Shown piece by piece: positions 52,901-64,000 of a DNA stretch of 64,000 nucleotides. Position 1 is the stretch's first letter. Each line of letters opens with the position of its first letter. The notes beneath the pieces are model-generated. The model searched no databases. It worked only from the letters and a program-made list of their open reading frames with translations, and was not told the DNA's origin. Source of the stretch: Eledone cirrhosa (lineage: Eukaryota); the NCBI GenBank assembly GCA_964016885.1, contig CAXHJY010000105.1:806001-870000 (forward strand). The letters run 5' to 3'. The position numbers were made by a program, and so were the translations under genes.

Positions 52901-55900
52901 GGTAGCTGTAGAGTGTGGAATGGTAGGTGTAGAGTGTGGAATGGTAGCTGTAGAGTGTGGAATGGTAACTGTAGAGTGTGGAATGGTAGCTGTAGAGTGT
53001 GGAATGGTAGCTGTAGAGTGTGGAATGGTAACTGTAGAGTGTGGAATGGTAACTGTAGAGTGTGGAATGGTAACTGTAGAGTGTGGAATGGTAGCTGTAG
53101 AGTGTGGAATGGTAACTGTAGAGTGTGGAATGGTAACTGTAGAGTGTGGAATGGTAACTGTAGAGTGTGGAATGGTAGCTGTAGAGTGTGGAATGGTAGC
53201 TGTAGAGTGTGGAATGGTAACTGTAGAGTGTGGAATGGTAACTGTAGAGTGTGGAATGGTAGCTGTAGAGTGTGGAATGGTAGCTGTAGAGTGTGGAATG
53301 GTAACTGTAGAGTGTGGAATGGTAACTGTAGAGTGTGGAATGGTAGCTGTAGAGTGTGGAATGGTAGCTGTAGAGTGTGGAATGGTAGCTGTAGAGTGTG
53401 GAATGGTAACTGTAGAGTGTGGAATGGTAGGTGTAGAGTGTGGAATGGTAGCTGTAGAGTGTGGAATGGTAGCTGTAGAGTGTGGAATGGTAACTGTAGA
53501 GTGTGGAATGGTAACTGTAGAGTGTGGAATGGTAGCTGTAGAGTGTGGAATGGTAACTGTAGAGTGTGGAATGGTAGCTGTAGAGTGTGGAATGGTAACT
53601 GTAGAGTGTGGAATGGTAGGTGTAGAGTGTGGAATGGTAGCTGTAGAGTGTGGAATGGTAGCTGTAGAGTGTGGAATGGTAACTGTAGAGTGTGGAATGG
53701 TAGGTGTAGAGTGTGGAATGGTAGCTGTAGAGTGTGGAATGGTAGCTGTAGAGTGTGGAATGGTAACTGTAGAGTGTGGAATGGTAGCTGTAGAGTGTGG
53801 AATGGTAACTGTAGAGTGTGGAATGGTAGCTGTAGAGTGTGGAATGGTAGCTGTAGAGTGTGGAATGGTAGCTGTAGAGTGTGGAATGGTAGCTGTAGAG
53901 TGTGGAATGGTAACTGTAGAGTGTGGAATGGTAGCTGTAGAGTGTGGAATGGTAACTGTAGAGTGTGGAATGGTAGGTGTAGAGTGTGGAATGGTAGGTG
54001 TAGAGTGTGGAATGGTAGCTGTAGAGTGTGGAATGGTAACTGTAGAGTGTGGAATGGTAGCTGTAGAGTGTGGAATGGTAACTGTAGAGTGTGGAATGGT
54101 AACTGTAGAGTGTGGAATGGCAGCTGTAGAGTGTGAAATGGTAGCTGTAGTGTGTGGAATGGTATGTGTAGAGTGTGGAATGGTAACTGTAGAGTGTGGA
54201 ATGGTAACTGTAGAGTGTGGAATGGTAGCTGTAGAGTGTGGAATGGTAGCTGTAGAGTGAGGAATGGTAGCTGTAGAGTGAGGAATGGTAGCTGTAGAGT
54301 GTGGAATGGTAACTGTAGAGTGTGGAATGGTAACTGTAGAGTGAGGAATGGTAGCTGTAGAGTGTGGAATGGTAGCTGTAGAGTGAGGAATGGTAGCTGT
54401 AGAGTGAGGAATGGTAGCTGTAGAGTGTGGAATGGTAACTGTAGAGTGTGGAATGGTAGCTGTAGAGTGTGGAATGGTAACTGTAGAGTGTGGAATGGTA
54501 GCTGTAGAGTGAGGAATGGTAGCTGTAGAGTGTGGAATGGTAACTGTAGAGTGTGGAATGGTAGCTGTAGAGTGAGGAATGGTAGCTGTAGAGTGTGGAA
54601 TGGTAGGTGTAGAGTGTGGAATGGTAGCTGTAGAGTGTGGAATGGTAACTGTAGAGTGTGGAATGGTAACTGTAGAGTGTGGAATGGTAGCTGTAGAGTG
54701 TGGAATGGTAGGTGTAGAGTGTGGAATGGTAGCTGTAGAGTGTGGAATGGTAACTGTAGAGTGTGGAATGGTAACTGTAGAGTGTGGAATGGTAGCTGTA
54801 GAGTGTGGAATGGTAGGTGTAGAGTGTGGAATGGTAGCTGTAGAGTGTGGAATGGTAACTGTAGAGTGTGGAATGGTAGCTGTAGAGTGTGGAATGGTAG
54901 CTGTAGAGTGTGGAATGGTAACTGTAGAGTGTGGAATGGTAGCTGTAGAGTGTGGAATGGTAAAAGTAGAGTGTGGAATGGTAACTGTAGAGTGTGGAAT
55001 GGTAGCTGTAGATTGTAGAATGGTAGCTGTAGAGTGTGGAATGGTAACTAGAGTGTGGAATGGTAACTGTAGAGTGTGGAATGGTAGCTGTAGAGTGTGG
55101 AATGGTAGCTGTAGAGTGTGGAATGGTAACTGTAGAGTGTGGAATGGTAGGTGTAGAGTGTGGAATGGTAGCTGTAGAGTGTGGAATGGTAGCTGTAGAG
55201 TGTGGAATGGTAACTGTGGAGTGTGGAATGGTAGCTGTAGAGTGTGGAATGGTAGCTGTAGAGTGTGGAATGGTAGCTGTAGAGTGTGGAATGGTAGCTG
55301 TAGAGTGTGGAATGGTAACTGTAGAGTGTGGAATGGTAGCTGTAGAGTGTGGAATGGTAACTGTAGTGTGGAATGGCAGCTGTAGAGTGTGGAATGGTAA
55401 CTGTAGAGTGTGAAATGGTAGCTGTAGAGTGTGGAATGGTAGCTGTCAAGTGTGGAATGGTAGCTGTAGAGTGTAGAATGGTAACTGTAGAGTGTGGAAT
55501 GGTAGCTGTAGAGTGTGGAATGGTAGCTGTAGAGTGTGGAATGGTAGCTGTAGAGTGTGGGATCGTATGTGTAGAGTGTGGAATGGTAGCTGTAGAGTGT
55601 GGAATGGTATGTGTAGAGTGTGGAATGGTAACTGTAGAGTGTGGAATGGTAACTGTAGAGTGTGGAATGGTAGCTGTAGATTGTAGAATGGTAACTGTAG
55701 AGTGTGGAATGGTAGCTGTAGAGTGTGGAATGGTAACTGTAGAGTGTGGAATGGTAACTGTAGAGTGTGGAATGGTAACTGTAGAGTGTGGAATGGTAGC
55801 TGTAGAGTGTGGAATGGTAGCTGTAGAGTGTGGAATGGTAGCTGTAGAGTGTGGAATGGTAACTGTAGAGTGTGGAATGGTAACTGTAGAGTGTGGAATG

Positions 55901-58900
55901 GTAGCTGTAGAGTGTGGAATGGTAGCTGTAGAGTGTGGAATGGTAGCTGTAGAGTGTGGAATGGTAACTGTAGAGTGTGGAATGGTAGCTGTAGAGTGTG
56001 GAATGGTAGCTGTAGAGTGTGGAATGGTAGCTGTAGAGTGTGGAATGGTAGCTGTAGAGTGTGGAATGGTAACTGTAGAGTGTGGAATGGTAGCTGTAGA
56101 GTGTGGAATGGTAGCTGTAGAGTGTGGAATGGTAGCTGTAGAGTGTGGAATGGTAGCTGTAGAGTGTGGAATGGTAACTGTAGAGTGTGGAATGGTAACT
56201 GTAGAGTGTGGAATGGTAACTGTAGAGTGTGGAATGGTAGCTGTAGAGTGTGGAATGGTAGCTGTAGAGTGTGGAATGGTAACTGTAGAGTGTGGAATGG
56301 TAACTGTAGAGTGTGGAATGGTAACTGTAGTGTGTGGAATGGTAACTGTAGTGTGTGGAATGGTAACTGTAGTGTGTGGAATGGTAACTGTAGAGTGTGG
56401 AATGTTAACTTGTAGAGTGTGGAATGGTAACTTGTAGAGTGTGGAATGGTAACTGTAGAGTGTGGAATGGTAGCTGTAGAGTGTGGAATGGTAGCTGTAG
56501 AGTGTGGAATGGTAACTGTAGAGTGTGGAATGGTAGCTGTAGAGTGTGGAATGGTAGCTGTAGAGTGTGGAATGGTAACTAGAGTGTGGAATGGTAGCTG
56601 TAGATTGTAGAATGGTAGCTGTAGAGTGTGGAATGGTAGCTGTAGAGTGTGGAATGGTAACTGTAGAGTGTGGAATGGTAGGTGTAGAGTGTGGAATGGT
56701 AGCTGTAGAGTGTGGAATGGTAGCTGTAGAGTGTGGAATGGTAGCTGTAGAGTGTGGAATGGTAGCTGTAGAGTGTGGAATGGTAGCTGTAGAGTGTGGA
56801 ATGGTAGCTGTGGAGTGTGGAATGGTAGCTGTAGTGTGTGTAATGGTAGCTGTAGAGTGTGGAATGGTAGCTGTAGAGTGTGGAATGGTAGCTGTAGAGT
56901 GTGGAATGGTAACTGTAGAGTGTGGAATGGTAGCTGTAGAGTGTGGAATGGTAACTGTAGAGTGTGAAATGGTAGCTGTAGAGTGTGGAATGGTAGCTGT
57001 CAAGTGTGGAATGGTAGCTGTAGAGTGTAGAATGGTAACTGTAGAGTGTGGAATGGTAGCTGTAGAGTGTGGAATGGTAGCTGTAGAGTGTGGAATGGTA
57101 GCTGTAGAGTGTGGAATCGTATGTGTAGAGTGTGGAATGGTAGCTGTAGAGTGTGGAATGGTATGTGTAGAGTGTGGAATGGTATGTGTAGAGTGTGGAA
57201 TGGTAACTGTAGAGTGTGGAATGGTAACTGTAGAGTGTGGAATGGTAGCTGTAGATTGTAGAATGGTAACTGTAGAGTGTGGAATGGTAGCTGTAGAGTG
57301 TGGAATGGTAACTGTAGAGTGTGGAATGGTAGCTGTAGAGTGTGGAATGGTAACTGTAGAGTGTGGAATGGTAGCTGTAGAGTGTGGAATGGTAGCTGTA
57401 GAGTGTGGAATGGTAGCTGTAGAGTGTGGAATGGTAGCTGTAGAGTGTGGAATGGTAACTGTAGAGTGTGGAATGGTAGCTGTAGAGTGTGGAATGGTAG
57501 CTGTAGAGTGTGGAATGGTAGCTGTAGAGTGTGGAATGGTAGCTGTAGAGTGTGGAATGGTAACTGTAGAGTGTGGAATGGTAGCTGTAGAGTGTGGAAT
57601 GGTAGCTGTAGAGTGTGGAATGGTAACTGTAGAGTGTGGAATGGTAACTGTAGAGTGTGGAATGGTAACTGTAGAGTGTGGAATGGTAGCTGTAGAGTGT
57701 GGAATGGTAACTGTAGAGTGTGGAATGGTAGCTGTAGAGTGTGGAATGGTAGCTGTAGAGTGTGGAATGGTAGCTGTAGAGTGTGGAATGGTAGCTGTAG
57801 AGTGTGGAATGGTAACTGTAGAGTGTGGAATGGTAGCTGTAGAGTGTGGAATGGTAGCTGTAGAGTGTGGAATGGTAGCTGTAGAGTGTGGAATGGTAGC
57901 TGTAGAGTGTGGAATGGTAGCTGTAGAGTGTGGAATGGTAGCTGTAGAGTGTGGAATGGTAGCTGTAGAGTGTGGAATGGTAACTGTAGAGTGTGGAATG
58001 GTAGCTGTAGAGTGTGGAATGGTAGCTGTAGAGTGTGGAATGGTAGCTGTAGAGTGTGGAATGGTAACTGTAGAGTGTGGAATGGTAGCTGTAGAGTGTG
58101 GAATGGTAGCTGTAGAGTGTGGAATGGTAGCTGTAGAGTGTGGAATGGTAGCTGTAGAGTGTGGAATGGTAACTGTAGAGTGTGGAATGGTAGCTGTAGA
58201 GTGTGGAATGGTAGCTGTAGAGTGTGGAATGGTAACTGTAGAGTGTGGAATGGTAACTGTAGAGTGTGGAATGGTAACTGTAGAGTGTGGAATGGTAGCT
58301 GTAGAGTGTGGAATGGTAACTGTAGAGTGTGGAATGGTAACTGTAGAGTGTGGAATGGTAGCTGTAGAGTGTGGAATGATAACTAGAGTGTGGAATGGTA
58401 GCTGTAGATTGTAGAATGGTAGCTGTAGAGTGTGGAATGGTAGCTGTAGAGTGTGGAATGGTAGCTGTAGAGTGTGGAATGGTAACTGTAGAGTGTGGAA
58501 TGGTAGGTGTAGAGTGTGGAATGGTAGCTGTAGAGTGTGGAATGGTAGCTGTAGAGTGTGGAATGGTAGCTGTAGAGTGTGGAATGGTAGCTGTAGAGTG
58601 TGGAATGGTAGCTGTAGAGTGTGGAATGGTAATTGTAGAGTGTGGAATGGTAGCTGTAGAGTGTGGAATGGTAGCTGTAGAGTGTGGAATGGTAGCTGTA
58701 GAGTGTGGAATGGTAATTGTAGAGTGTGGAATGGTAGCTGTAGAGTGTGGAATGGTAGCTGTAGAGTGTGGAATGGTAATTGTAGAGTGTGGAATGGTAG
58801 CTGTAGAGTGTGGAATGGTAGCTGTAGAGTGTGGAATGGTAACTGTAGAGTGTGGAATGGTAACTGTAGAGTGTGGAATGGTAACTGTAGAGTGTGGAAT

Positions 58901-61900
58901 GGTAGGTGTAGAGTGTGGAATGGTAGCTGTAGAGTGTGGAATGGTAACTGTAGAGTGTGGAATGGTAGCTGTAGAGTGTGGAATGGTAGGTGTAGAGTGT
59001 GGAATGGTAACTGTAGAGTGTGGAATGGTAACTGTAGAGTGTGGAATGGTAACTGTAGAGTATGGAATGGTAACTGTAGAGTGTGGAATGGTAACTGTAG
59101 AGTATGGAATGGTAACTGTAGAGTATGGAATGGTAACTGTAGAGTGTGGAATGGTAGCTGTAGAGTGTGGAATGGTAGCTGTAGAGTGTGGAATGGTAAC
59201 TGTAGAGTATGGAATGGTAACTGTAGAGTATGGAATGGTAACTGTAGAGTGTGGAATGGTAGCTGTAGAGTGTGGAATGGTAACTGTAGAGTGTGGAATG
59301 GTAACTGTAGAGTGTGGAATGGTAACTGTAGAGTGTGGAATGGTAGCTGTAGAGTGTGGAATGGTAGGTGTAGAGTGTGGAATGGTAGCTGTAGAGTGTG
59401 GAATGGTAACTGTAGAGTGTGGAATGGTAACTGTAGAGTGTGGAATGGTAGCTGTAGAGTGTGGAATGGTAGGTGTAGAGTGTGGAATGGTAGCTGTAGA
59501 GTGTGGAATGGTAACTGTAGAGTGTGGAATGGTAGCTGTAGAGTGTGGAATGGTAGCTGTAGAGTGTGGAATGGTAACTGTAGAGTGTGGAATGGTAACT
59601 GTAGAGTGTGGAATGGTAACTGTAGAGTGTGGAATGGTAGCTGTAGAGTGTGGAATGGTAACTGTAGAGTGTGGAATGGTAACTGTAGAGTGTGGAATGG
59701 TAACTGTAGAGTGTGGAATGGTAGCTGTAGAGTGTGGAATGGTAGCTGTAGAGTGTGGAATGGTAACTGTAGAGTGTGGAATGGTAACTGTAGAGTGTGG
59801 AATGGTAGCTGTAGAGTGTGGAATGGTAGCTGTAGAGTGTGGAATGGTAACTGTAGAGTGTGGAATGGTAACTGTAGAGTGTGGAATGGTAGCTGTAGAG
59901 TGTGGAATGGTAGCTGTAGAGTGTGGAATGGTAGCTGTAGAGTGTGGAATGGTAACTGTAGAGTGTGGAATGGTAGGTGTAGAGTGTGGAATGGTAGCTG
60001 TAGAGTGTGGAATGGTAGCTGTAGAGTGTGGAATGGTAACTGTAGAGTGTGGAATGGTAACTGTAGAGTGTGGAATGGTAGCTGTAGAGTGTGGAATGGT
60101 AACTGTAGAGTGTGGAATGGTAGCTGTAGAGTGTGGAATGGTAACTGTAGAGTGTGGAATGGTAGGTGTAGAGTGTGGAATGGTAGCTGTAGAGTGTGGA
60201 ATGGTAGCTGTAGAGTGTGGAATGGTAACTGTAGAGTGTGGAATGGTAGGTGTAGAGTGTGGAATGGTAGCTGTAGAGTGTGGAATGGTAGCTGTAGAGT
60301 GTGGAATGGTAACTGTAGAGTGTGGAATGGTAGCTGTAGAGTGTGGAATGGTAACTGTAGAGTGTGGAATGGTAGCTGTAGAGTGTGGAATGGTAGCTGT
60401 AGAGTGTGGAATGGTAGCTGTAGAGTGTGGAATGGTAGCTGTAGAGTGTGGAATGGTAACTGTAGAGTGTGGAATGGTAGCTGTAGAGTGTGGAATGGTA
60501 ACTGTAGAGTGTGGAATGGTAGGTGTAGAGTGTGGAATGGTAGGTGTAGAGTGTGGAATGGTAGCTGTAGAGTGTGGAATGGTAACTGTAGAGTGTGGAA
60601 TGGTAGCTGTAGAGTGTGGAATGGTAACTGTAGAGTGTGGAATGGTAACTGTAGAGTGTGGAATGGCAGCTGTAGAGTGTGAAATGGTAGCTGTAGTGTG
60701 TGGAATGGTATGTGTAGAGTGTGGAATGGTAACTGTAGAGTGTGGAATGGTAACTGTAGAGTGTGGAATGGTAGCTGTAGAGTGTGGAATGGTAGCTGTA
60801 GAGTGAGGAATGGTAGCTGTAGAGTGAGGAATGGTAGCTGTAGAGTGTGGAATGGTAACTGTAGAGTGTGGAATGGTAACTGTAGAGTGAGGAATGGTAG
60901 CTGTAGAGTGTGGAATGGTAGCTGTAGAGTGAGGAATGGTAGCTGTAGAGTGAGGAATGGTAGCTGTAGAGTGTGGAATGGTAACTGTAGAGTGTGGAAT
61001 GGTAGCTGTAGAGTGTGGAATGGTAACTGTAGAGTGTGGAATGGTAGCTGTAGAGTGAGGAATGGTAGCTGTAGAGTGTGGAATGGTAACTGTAGAGTGT
61101 GGAATGGTAGCTGTAGAGTGAGGAATGGTAGCTGTAGAGTGTGGAATGGTAGGTGTAGAGTGTGGAATGGTAGCTGTAGAGTGTGGAATGGTAACTGTAG
61201 AGTGTGGAATGGTAACTGTAGAGTGTGGAATGGTAGCTGTAGAGTGTGGAATGGTAGGTGTAGAGTGTGGAATGGTAGCTGTAGAGTGTGGAATGGTAAC
61301 TGTAGAGTGTGGAATGGTAACTGTAGAGTGTGGAATGGTAGCTGTAGAGTGTGGAATGGTAGGTGTAGAGTGTGGAATGGTAGCTGTAGAGTGTGGAATG
61401 GTAACTGTAGAGTGTGGAATGGTAGCTGTAGAGTGTGGAATGGTAGCTGTAGAGTGTGGAATGGTAACTGTAGAGTGTGGAATGGTAGCTGTAGATTGTA
61501 GAATGGTAGCTGTAGAGTGTGGAATGGTAACTAGAGTGTGGAATGGTAACTGTAGAGTGTGGAATGGTAGCTGTAGAGTGTGGAATGGTAAAAGTAGAGT
61601 GTGGAATGGTAACTGTAGAGTGTGGAATGGTAGCTGTAGATTGTAGAATGGTAGCTGTAGAGTGTGGAATGGTAACTAGAGTGTGGAATGGTAACTGTAG
61701 AGTGTGGAATGGTAGCTGTAGAGTGTGGAATGGTAGCTGTAGAGTGTGGAATGGTAACTGTAGAGTGTGGAATGGTAGGTGTAGAGTGTGGAATGGTAGC
61801 TGTAGAGTGTGGAATGGTAGCTGTAGAGTGTGGAATGGTAACTGTGGAGTGTGGAATGGTAGCTGTAGAGTGTGGAATGGTAGCTGTAGAGTGTGGAATG

Positions 61901-64000
61901 GTAGCTGTAGAGTGTGGAATGGTAGCTGTAGAGTGTGGAATGGTAACTGTAGAGTGTGGAATGGTAGCTGTAGAGTGTGGAATGGTAACTGTAGTGTGGA
62001 ATGGCAGCTGTAGAGTGTGGAATGGTAACTGTAGAGTGTGAAATGGTAGCTGTAGAGTGTGGAATGGTAGCTGTCAAGTGTGGAATGGTAGCTGTAGAGT
62101 GTAGAATGGTAACTGTAGAGTGTGGAATGGTAGCTGTAGAGTGTGGAATGGTAGCTGTAGAGTGTGGAATGGTAGCTGTAGAGTGTGGGATCGTATGTGT
62201 AGAGTGTGGAATGGTAGCTGTAGAGTGTGGAATGGTATGTGTAGAGTGTGGAATGGTAACTGTAGAGTGTGGAATGGTAACTGTAGAGTGTGGAATGGTA
62301 GCTGTAGATTGTAGAATGGTAACTGTAGAGTGTGGAATGGTAGCTGTAGAGTGTGGAATGGTAACTGTAGAGTGTGGAATGGTAACTGTAGAGTGTGGAA
62401 TGGTAACTGTAGAGTGTGGAATGGTAGCTGTAGAGTGTGGAATGGTAGCTGTAGAGTGTGGAATGGTAGCTGTAGAGTGTGGAATGGTAACTGTAGAGTG
62501 TGGAATGGTAACTGTAGAGTGTGGAATGGTAGCTGTAGAGTGTGGAATGGTAGCTGTAGAGTGTGGAATGGTAGCTGTAGAGTGTGGAATGGTAACTGTA
62601 GAGTGTGGAATGGTAGCTGTAGAGTGTGGAATGGTAGCTGTAGAGTGTGGAATGGTAGCTGTAGAGTGTGGAATGGTAGCTGTAGAGTGTGGAATGGTAA
62701 CTGTAGAGTGTGGAATGGTAGCTGTAGAGTGTGGAATGGTAGCTGTAGAGTGTGGAATGGTAGCTGTAGAGTGTGGAATGGTAGCTGTAGAGTGTGGAAT
62801 GGTAACTGTAGAGTGTGGAATGGTAACTGTAGAGTGTGGAATGGTAACTGTAGAGTGTGGAATGGTAGCTGTAGAGTGTGGAATGGTAGCTGTAGAGTGT
62901 GGAATGGTAACTGTAGAGTGTGGAATGGTAACTGTAGAGTGTGGAATGGTAACTGTAGTGTGTGGAATGGTAACTGTAGTGTGTGGAATGGTAACTGTAG
63001 TGTGTGGAATGGTAACTGTAGAGTGTGGAATGTTAACTTGTAGAGTGTGGAATGGTAACTTGTAGAGTGTGGAATGGTAACTGTAGAGTGTGGAATGGTA
63101 GCTGTAGAGTGTGGAATGGTAGCTGTAGAGTGTGGAATGGTAACTGTAGAGTGTGGAATGGTAGCTGTAGAGTGTGGAATGGTAGCTGTAGAGTGTGGAA
63201 TGGTAACTAGAGTGTGGAATGGTAGCTGTAGATTGTAGAATGGTAGCTGTAGAGTGTGGAATGGTAGCTGTAGAGTGTGGAATGGTAACTGTAGAGTGTG
63301 GAATGGTAGGTGTAGAGTGTGGAATGGTAGCTGTAGAGTGTGGAATGGTAGCTGTAGAGTGTGGAATGGTAGCTGTAGAGTGTGGAATGGTAGCTGTAGA
63401 GTGTGGAATGGTAGCTGTAGAGTGTGGAATGGTAGCTGTGGAGTGTGGAATGGTAGCTGTAGTGTGTGTAATGGTAGCTGTAGAGTGTGGAATGGTAGCT
63501 GTAGAGTGTGGAATGGTAGCTGTAGAGTGTGGAATGGTAACTGTAGAGTGTGGAATGGTAGCTGTAGAGTGTGGAATGGTAACTGTAGAGTGTGAAATGG
63601 TAGCTGTAGAGTGTGGAATGGTAGCTGTCAAGTGTGGAATGGTAGCTGTAGAGTGTAGAATGGTAACTGTAGAGTGTGGAATGGTAGCTGTAGAGTGTGG
63701 AATGGTAGCTGTAGAGTGTGGAATGGTAGCTGTAGAGTGTGGAATCGTATGTGTAGAGTGTGGAATGGTAGCTGTAGAGTGTGGAATGGTATGTGTAGAG
63801 TGTGGAATGGTATGTGTAGAGTGTGGAATGGTAACTGTAGAGTGTGGAATGGTAACTGTAGAGTGTGGAATGGTAGCTGTAGATTGTAGAATGGTAACTG
63901 TAGAGTGTGGAATGGTAGCTGTAGAGTGTGGAATGGTAACTGTAGAGTGTGGAATGGTAGCTGTAGAGTGTGGAATGGTAACTGTAGAGTGTGGAATGGT
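49957..64000. repeat. 21-bp satellite (gaatggtagctgtagagtgtg), >14 kb, with a higher-order duplication
   Basis: Visible directly and runs off the window end. Rare variants recur at 6.5-6.9 kb offsets. Confidence 0.98.

Noticed and set aside
41322-64000. Long repetitive ORFs (YTGMERW..., VAVECGM..., CRVWNG..., TIPHST...)
   Set aside because: They are translations of stop-poor 49-bp and 21-bp satellites, open in several frames and both strands, with frame-breaking indels.

Overview
Repeat-dense metazoan genomic DNA. The SINE and MITE types resemble octopus/cephalopod repeats (inferred, not proven). A multi-exon gene runs on the minus strand. Six phase-compatible exons (26026->1206) encode an extended Tudor domain, and less certain upstream exons include an armadillo-like one. 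One 19.6-kb intron (5458-25102) is almost entirely a single TTAA-flanked, piggyBac-like MITE (normally ~210 bp) whose interior has expanded into a 72-bp minisatellite. That minisatellite carries two full-length Tx1-type (L1 superfamily) non-LTR retrotransposons at the same position of the unit, one intact and one decayed, plus two Helitron-like insertions. This points to a target-specific retrotransposon living inside a DNA-transposon-derived repeat. The rest of the window is minisatellites (61, 20/24, 22, 49, 29 and 21 bp units), tRNA-derived SINEs including a long inverted pair around (TA)n, and LINE fragments. Several minisatellites appear to be seeded at exon 3' ends. Most listed ORFs are repeat artefacts.
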